Source: the human T2T-CHM13v2.0 reference genome, Homo sapiens
Reading direction: 5' to 3' (one strand)
DNA: 64,000 bases
NCBI RefSeq assembly: GCF_009914755.1
Contig: NC_060929.1
Shown here: positions 56,416 to 64,000 of the stretch, one piece after another
How the letters are laid out: the number at the start of each line of letters is the position of its first letter
How positions within the stretch are numbered: position 1 is the first letter of the stretch
Program-made: the position numbers and the translations under genes
The notes under the pieces: model-generated
Databases searched by the model: none
Seen by the model: the letters and a program-made list of their open reading frames with translations, nothing else
Told to the model about the DNA's origin: nothing

Positions 56416-56997
56416 TGTGTCCAGAATTGGTTCCTTCCGGTGGGTTCTTGGTCTTGCTGACTTCAAGAGTGAAGCTGCAGACCTTCGCAGTGAGTGTTAC
56501 AGCTCTTAAAGGTGGTGTGATTGGAGTTGTTTGTTCCTTCTGGTGGGTTTGTGATCTTGCTGACTTCAGGAGTGAAGCTGCAGACCTTCACAGTGAGTGC
56601 CACAGCTCATAAAGGTAGTGCAGACCCGAAGAGTGAGCAGCAGCAAGATTTATTGTGAAGAGCAAAAGAACAAAGCTTCCACATCATGGAAGGGGACACG
56701 AGTGGGTTACTGCTGTGGGCTGGGGTGGCCAGCTTTTATTCTCTTATTTGGCCCCTCCCACATCCTGCTGATTGGTCCATTTTACAGAATGCTGATTGGT
56801 CCATTTTACAGAGTGCTGATTGGTGCTTTTACAAACCTTTAGCTAGACACAGAGCACTGATTGGTGCGTTTTTACAGAGCGTGGATTGGTGCATTTACAA
56901 TCTTTCAGGTAGACACAGAGCACTGATTGGTGCATTTACAATATCTCTAGCTAGACAGAAAAGTTCTCGAAGTCCCCACTCAACCCAGGAAGTCTCA
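56416..56997 (-). mobile_element. LTR12-family 5' LTR
   Basis: Homologous to 49621-50302; multiple ATTGG (NF-Y) repeats; outer terminus shortened. Confidence 0.93.
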
Positions 56998-57441
56998 TTA
57001 TTACATATTCGGTTGATCCATAGGAAATTACTACTATTTCACTTTAAAAATAGCAATTTCTCATGGTTCAAACTAGTGGTTTTCCTAGTTATTATTCAAA
57101 AGGCAGAATAATGTTTATCACATGGATATGCTGCTGTTTTCTTAATCAGTACCTGTTGTTAGCAACCAGTACCTATTATTTCCGTATTCACTTTAACACA
57201 GATTGCATGAACAAAAGAACAGGCTTAAAAACTAGCTTCTCACAAATATTTGAACATATTTACATTATACTGTTATATGAAGTAAGAATTTGTCAAATAA
57301 GAACTTCAGCACAATTTGCAGTGAAAATAAAGCTAGACACCGGGATGATTAATTAATGGAACAGCTCAATGCAGTCTGCCCAACAAATCAGAAAATATTT
57401 TGCCCTCTTCTCCTAGAATAGCTACATAAGGTGCATAAACT

Positions 57442-58611
57442 AGATTCAGGTTTAGCCCTAGTTCATTTGTTTGCACGTGCATGAGCGTGAGTGTGTATGT
57501 GTGTGCGTGTGTATGTGTGTATGTAGAACTGGCTTTAAGATTACACTATAAAACCAAGGTTTATTTCTTCATTTCAACTTTTAAAAGCTTAACTGTGGTC
57601 AACTTTTCTCATCTTTGGAGACTTCAGCAAGGCAGACTGTTTCCCAGAAGCATGGGAAAGTATACCTGCTACTTCTCTAGTTCTCAGGTTTGGTCTCTTC
57701 CATTAGGTATCAACAACCGAGAAGGCCACTAGGGAATGGGCTTTACTCCACAAATCCAAAGGAAGTGAAGAAATTGGCAGCTCCCCTTTCAGCAGGTGAA
57801 TGGCAGAGCCCAGCTCCTCTACCCAGGCAGCCCCAGCTACCACTGGCCCAAGGGAAGCCCCGACTCCAGGTCCCAAGCAGATCTCTCCAGGCCTTTACAA
57901 GTCAGTGCTCTTGCCTCTGCCAAAACACCTGGGACTCCCTTTCCGTTGCTTCTTCCTTGAAAAGATGTGGTGAAGTTGAAGCAATGTATCATAACACACA
58001 TCTTGGGAATTTAGGGTAACAGGTGCTAAAACACCAGAGGGAAAAAAAAGCTCCCTAAGTTCCTTCTGTCTTGCAGTGCTTGTTTATAAATCAGAAGGCA
58101 TTTGAAAACACTGACCAGACTTGAGTAAATTAAGCCAATAGTTTAGTTTCATCCATTCTCTTACATAAGTTAGGTGGTGTTTCTTTCCAAGAGGGGCAAA
58201 CTTCAAATTATTCTTGGGGCCCACTCTACATCCCATAAACAGAAACTTGACCAGAAAGTTTCCATTAAAAAGGCGATTTCCTATCCATGCTATGATCCAC
58301 AGCCATTCATATGGTATCTTTAACTCCTTCAGATAAATATGTGGGGGGGGTTTGATAACTATTTTGAAATAGTAAAAGGTCAGTGCAACCTGAAACTTTT
58401 CCTATGTAATTTTTGTCTATATATAAGTAAACCTGCAGAAGTAGCAGGTTTACTTTCCCATGCTTTGGGAAACAGTGTGCCTTGCTGAAGTCTCCAAGGA
58501 TGAGAAAAGTTGGCCAGAGTCAAGCTTTTAAATGTTGGAATGAAGAAATCAACCTTGATTTTATAGTGTAATCTTAAAGTAGGTTCTACATACACACATA
58601 CACACACACAG

Positions 58612-58652
<41 letters not shown>

Positions 58653-58695
58653 TGCACTTGTGCTAATGCACAGAGTGGGCTAATGCCTCAAGTCT
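57442..58695. repeat. Long inverted repeat (cores 57521-57676 and 58437-58591, plus TG/CA extensions)
   Basis: Manual alignment gives 13 mismatches and 1 gap over 156 bp; also visible as near-identical ORFs 57481..57732(+) and 58380..58649(-). Confidence 0.93.
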
Positions 58696-58799
58696 GGGGG
58701 TAGGAAGTACAGCCAGGCCCAGTACTGCTACCACAGATGTCCCTTCCCCCTTGTGAATTCAGTTCGTCAACAGCTGTTCACAAAAGTCCCTCTTGGCAA

Positions 58800-59260
58800 T
58801 CTACAGTGGTGATGCCCGTAAATCCAAGACCACTGGGAATTCACCTGAAGTCAAACAAATTTATGTTCATTGATGCTGGCTTAGCAAGGGAGACTGCTCA
58901 CTATGTGAAACCATGGGCTGGCTCAGTAAGAGGGTGTTGGTTGGGGCTTTTCACAAGCTTGGAGCTTGTGTTGGGCAGTTTGGGGTAGGATTCAAGGAAG
59001 AATGAGTTTGCTGTGAATTGGGTGTTGTCAGCAAGTGGAATAATTCTGTGATTCAGTCTCTTAATAAACCTTAATTATCTAGGAGACAGAAAGAATGGAA
59101 AGACTCAAACATGATGCCAGAGAGGACTTGTTTTTTTCTCACTTTATTAGAATCACCTGGTCTGACACTGATGTTCCATGAGAGTGTTTATGAGTAGCCA
59201 GAAAATTTGAATGCTTAGCTGTTAGTGCCAGCCTGCCAGAAATCAGGACTTGCTCCCAGA
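58800..59260 (-). mobile_element. LTR79-like ancient LTR
   Basis: CTCAGTAAGAGGGTGTT...GCTTGTGTTGGG...TAATTCTGTGATT...TAGTGCCAG motifs. Confidence 0.55.
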
Positions 59261-59329
59261 CAAATAAATCTCCAGCTCTGATCTAATGGTATTTTGTCCA
59301 TCAGTTACAGAGATAACTAAGAAGAGGGC

Positions 59330-59750
59330 TCTATCTTGAGTACATGGGGAAGCTTCCTGGAGAAGGACAGAGTCAGCCAGGAGGAAGGGAGGGAGGGTCC
59401 TTACCAGCAGGAAGAAGAGTATGTACTGGAGGTGTCTTTCTGGACAATGCATTTGGAGGAATTGGGGAGAAAAGGGAGTTAACACAAGATTTGAGAAAGA
59501 GGGGTAGGCAGGACACAGACCACAAAGCCAGGCCTTGCAAACCTTGGTAAGAAGCTTGAGCTTTATGGGGAAGGAAATGGTAAAGTGTTTTGAGTAGGGT
59601 TGCAACATTATCACCCTTGTTGTTAAATGATCATTCTGGCTGCCATGCTGAAAGTGGAGTAGGGCAAAACAGGTCTGGAAGAAAGAGTGTAAACAGTTCA
59701 CACTAGCCCTAAAGGGCTGATGATGATGGTCACCAGCAGGAGTTAGGAGG
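59330..59750 (-). mobile_element. L2 fragment
   Basis: GGAAGCTTCCTGGAGAAG...GCCTTGCAAACCTTGGTAAGAAGCTTGAGCTTTA...ATCATTCTGGCTGC. Confidence 0.65.
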
Positions 59751-59759
59751 AAGCCTGAC

Positions 59760-60092
59760 ATTCTGGCATGGTAGCTCATGCCTATAATCCCAGCACTTTG
59801 GGAGGACAAGGCAGGAGGATCACTTAAGCCTACGAGCTCAGATCAGCCTGAGCAACATAGTGAGACTCCCATCTCTACAAAAAAATTTAAAAATTAGCCA
59901 GGCATGGTGGTGCATGCCTTTAGTCCCAGCTTCTCATGAGGCTGAGGTAGGACGATTGCTGGAGCCCAGGAGTTGGAGGCTGCAGTGAGCTGTGATGGTT
60001 CCACTGTACTGCATCCTGGATGAGCTGTGATCACACCATAACTCTTCAGCCTAGATGACAGAGTGAGGCCCTAATTCAAAAAAAGAAAAAAG
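59760..60092 (+). mobile_element. AluJ with a 35-bp internal duplication in the right arm
   Basis: J diagnostics; TGAGCTGTGAT unit repeated at 59986 and 60021. Confidence 0.85.
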
Positions 60093-60289
60093 AGAGACAG
60101 AGAGAAAGCCCAGGGGTTGGCCCACTCCCATCATTGGGAATAAAGAAAGGCCTTTAGGGTTCTGTGCACTTCTGGCAAAACCTCCATACTCCTTGCCCCC
60201 CACCACTTACAGCCTGATTCCAACAGGGCATCCTAGGCCCTGAAGGACACTCCCTTCCCTGCCCCTCAGAGGGCACTCCTTGGCCCACT

Positions 60290-60495
60290 CCCCTGCTACA
60301 TTTTCCTCCATGGCATCTAACACACCCTGATATACTTTAGATGGTGTATGTCTGCCTGCCTCCCTCACTGGAACCTAAGCTCCACATAAGAGATACTTTT
60401 GTCTACTTACTTCTATGACCTCCAATACCTAGAACAACAGTATGTGATACATAATTAGGCCCTCGATAAATATTTCTTGAATAATTTTGAATAAG
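60290..60495 (+). mobile_element. L2 3' end
   Basis: CACTGGAACCTAAGCTCCAC...CCAATACCTAGAACA...CTCGATAAATATTTCTTGAAT. Confidence 0.7.
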
Positions 60496-62157
60496 AGATG
60501 GAATTAAGCCAGACAGTGGCAAATGTAATCAAAAGCAGAGAAGGGATTCTAGACTCTGGTTTCAAGCAAGTGGTAGAAGTCAGGTCTCCTTCAGGACCTG
60601 AAAATCTTACCTTTAGAAAGGAATGAGGTGGGTACAGGAGGTGAGGGGCCCATGCTGTTAGAGCTGGGAAACTCCTTCCCACCTATGACACTATGGCCAA
60701 TAGTGTGATGCTGCGAGGGAATCCACAAAGAAGGTGTCAAGACTTGACCAGGGATAGTTAACTCTCCAGGGCTAAAACCTAATTGTGCGGCCATGGTAGT
60801 CCTATGCAGTTGACCATAAGAGAGCTTGAATGGGGACTGCTCCTTACAAACATGTGCTTCCCAGACTCTGATACACTCATTAAGCCCCAAAGTCCCTTTT
60901 GAAGTCTCCCTCCTCCTTGTCCTCAGATAGCAAGCATGCAGGCTGTGAGGAAGCATGAGTGGGTGAGAAGTCGGAAAGTTGCACATGCACATTTCAAGTC
61001 CTGTTCTATAGAAAGGCTCTCATCTGTGGCCATTTCACCTCACAATGTTAGCAAGGTGGGGGGCAGGAGCTTCAGTAATCAGAAGGAGCACCGAGGAAGT
61101 GGGGACACTCTAATGTCAGGAAGCATCGCCTGAAAGCAATGCAATCATAGGAATGTGACCATTGCTGTGGTGCCGTTGTGTTTTTAGCAGTTCCACAATA
61201 CCAGAAGCCCCTGCAATTTCAAACTCAGCTTAAGGCAAGAAAAAATAAAAGAACTAGAATCACCTCCCTCTACCCTCTACTCAACCTGAATCATACTCCA
61301 TACTCTCCCTGCCTTGACTTTGTGGAAAAATAGAAATCAAGGTGGCGAGCAAAGAAGAGGACTTAGGGAATGAAAGAAAAGGCAAAGTATAGGTGAGCAA
61401 CCGAAAGCAGGTGAAACCTGCAGGCTGGTTTGCTCATGCTCAAAAGTAGGGAAGACACATTTCTACCAAAATGGAAAATGAGGACACTGGTCCCTTTCCC
61501 ACCCTGCCCCACTGCACCAGGATCCCGAGTTTTCTTCCACTGGTCACAGTACCAGTCAGTTCACGAATCTAAGACTGCCTGAATAAAAACGTTTGGATTC
61601 TCAGCACAGGTTTTCAACCACAGAACTGTCAGCCACCACCATATAATTTTATCACTGACAGGTCAACTGAACTGAAGCTTACTTAGACTAGCCTAGCAAA
61701 GCACTTCTGAAAAAAGTGTCCTGTAACTTTTTAAAAATCAATTACCGATTGTCAATACAGGTTGGCACATGTCTTAAGCCATGTCCCTCATAAGACTACA
61801 GAAGCAAGTATATATTTCAATCAGGGCTATTTTGTTGTTTTTGTTACTGTCATACCTGCCCAAAACTCCATTTCCTGTCTGTTTTCTAGCTGGAAGTTAA
61901 AGCAACCATGAGCAAAGCTGTAGGAAACTTCATCTACCAAAAACAGGACAGGATGTAAAACTTCACACCGAGTGTCATGTGGCAGGATGGGGAAGCACAA
62001 AAAGAGACTCATGCAAAGTTTTGAAAACACCTTGAGAGAAGTGAACAAACATCACTATGATGGACCAAAAAACATGCAATGATGCAGAGCACTATAATTT
62101 CAAGCTGGTTGTTGAAAACTGCATGATCTGTGCTAGTGGTAGAAAAGGTGAAGATGC

Positions 62158-64000
62158 GGGGAGGCTTCCAAGATGGCCAAATAGGAACAGCTCCAGGCTG
62201 CAGCTCCCAGCGAGATCAATGAGGAAGACAAGTGATTTCTGCATTTCCAACTCAGGTACCTTGTTCATCTCATTGGGACTGGTTGGACAGGGTGGGCAGC
62301 CCAGGAAGGGTCAGACGAAGCAGGGCAGGGTATCGCCTCACTGGGGAAGTGCAAGGGGTCAGGGGATTTCCCTTTCCTAGCCAAAGGAAGCCATGACAGT
62401 CTGTACCTGGAGGAATGGTACACTCCTGCCCAAATACTGCACTTTTCCCATGGCCTTCGCAACCAGTAGACCAGAAAATTCCCTCCCATACCTGGCTCGG
62501 TGGGTCCCACACCCACGGAGCCTTGCTCACTGCTAGAGCAGCAGTCTGAGATCAATCTTCAATGCTACAGCTTGGCAGGGTGAGGGATGTCTGCCATTGC
62601 TGAGGCTGGAGTAGGTGGTTTTGTGCTCACAGTGTAAACAAAGAGGCCAGGAAACTCGAACTGGGTGGAGCCCACTGTAGCTCAGCAAGGCCTACTACCT
62701 CTCTAGATTCCACTTCTGTGGGCAGGGCATATCAGAACAAAAGGCAGCAGACAGCTTCAGCAGACCTAAATGTCCCTGTCTGACAGCTCTAAAGAGAGCA
62801 GTAGTTCTCTCAGCATGACGTTCGAGCTCTGAGAACGGACAGACTGCTTCCTCAAGTGGGTCCCTGACACCCATGTAGCCTGACTGGGAGACACTTCCCA
62901 GTAGGGGCTGACAAACACCTCATACAGGCAGGGGGCCCCTCTAGGATGAAGCTTCCAGAGGAAGGATCAGGCAGCAATATTTGCTGTTCTGCAGCCTCCA
63001 CTAGTGATACCCAGGCAAACAGGGTCTGGAGTGGACCTCCAGCAAACTCCAACAGACCTGCAGCTGAGGGCCCAACAGTTAGAACGAAAACTAACAAACA
63101 GAAGAAATAGCATCAACATCAACAAAAAGCACATCCATACCAAAACCCCATCTGTAGGCCACCAACATCAAAGGCCAAAGGTAAATAAAACCACAAAGAT
63201 GGGGAGAAACCAGAGAGCCTCTTCTCCTCCAAAGGATCGCAGTTCCTCACCAGCAACAGAGTAAAACTGGACAGAGAGTGAGTTTGACAAGTTGACAGAA
63301 GTAGGCATGAGAAGGTCAGTAATAGCAAACTTCTCTGGGCTAAAGAAGCATGTTCTAACCCATTGCAAGGAAGCTAAAAACCTTGAAAAAAGATTAGACG
63401 AATGGCTAACTAGAATAAATAGTGTAGAGAAGATCTTAAATGACCTGAAGGAGCTGAAAACCATACCACGAGAACTTCGTGACACGTGCACAAGCTTCAA
63501 TAGCCAATTCCATCAAGTGGAAGAAAGGATGTCAGTGATTGAAGATCAAATTAATGAAATCAAGCAAGAAGACAAGATTAGAGAAAAAAGAGTGAAAAGA
63601 AATGAATAAAGCCTCCAAGAAATATGGGACTATGTGAAAAGACCATTTTGATTTGTGTTCCTGAAAGTGATGGGGAGAATGGATCCAAGTTAGGAAACCT
63701 TCAGGATATTATCCAGGAGAATTTCTCCAACCTAGCAAGGTAGGCCAACATTCAAATTCAGGAAATACAGAAAACACCACAAAGATACTCCTTGAGAAGA
63801 GCAAACCCAAGATACATAATTGTCAGATTCACCAAGGTTGAAATGAAGGGAAAAATGTTAAGGGCAGCCAGATAGAAAGGTCAGGTTACCCACAAAGGGA
63901 AGCCCATCAGACTAACAGCAGATCTCTCAGCAGAAAGTCTACAAGCCAGAAGAGAGTGGGGGCCAATATTCAACATTCTTAAAGAAAAGAATTTTCAACC
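62158..64000 (+). mobile_element. L1PA (PA7/8-like) 5'UTR and disrupted ORF1 (ATG 63199), cut by window edge
   Basis: TTCCAAGATGGCCAAATAGGAACAGCTCC 5' end; ORF1 peptide EAKNLEKRLDEWLTRI with in-frame stops. Confidence 0.93.

Larger units (their letters stand above)
49621..56997 (-). mobile_element. HERV9 (ERV9) provirus with two LTR12 and a deleted gag-pro-pol-env
   Basis: Two LTR12, Arg-type PBS, PPT (50303-50316), and gag, pro, pol and env remnants in proviral order. Confidence 0.95.

Noticed and set aside
57481-58649. Two similar ORFs on opposite strands (83 and 89 aa) as a duplicated gene
   Set aside because: Both begin within TG microsatellites and diverge by frameshift; they are a by-product of the inverted repeat
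59243-59809. 188-aa ORF
   Set aside because: Spans antisense Alu and L2 sequence and has no recognisable domain

Overview
This is primate (almost certainly human or great-ape) non-coding genomic DNA, judged from AluY/AluYd, L1PA, THE1, LTR7 and LTR12 elements. I recognise no host protein-coding gene. The long ORFs are decayed retroelement genes from a full-length minus-strand L1PA (about 40966-47104), a deleted HERV9/LTR12 provirus (49621-56997), the 5' end of a second L1PA (62158 to the window end) and ERVL gag/integrase remnants. The provirus carries a nested LTR7 and a nested L1 3' fragment. The window also holds a Y3 RNA retropseudogene and many Alu, MIR, L2, MaLR and DNA-transposon copies. 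The most unexplained structure is a long inverted repeat of apparently non-TE sequence at about 57.44-58.70 kb: about 156 bp cores at about 91% identity, a 760 bp spacer and a perfect fold-back hairpin at one junction, lying between two inward-pointing L1 antisense promoters. Other oddities are a twin-primed 5'-inverted Alu, a compensatory base-pair change in the Y3 pseudogene, an open L1 ORF0 and a speculative chain of minus-strand exons. Repeat subfamily names are recalled from consensus sequences rather than from a search, and old-element boundaries are approximate.
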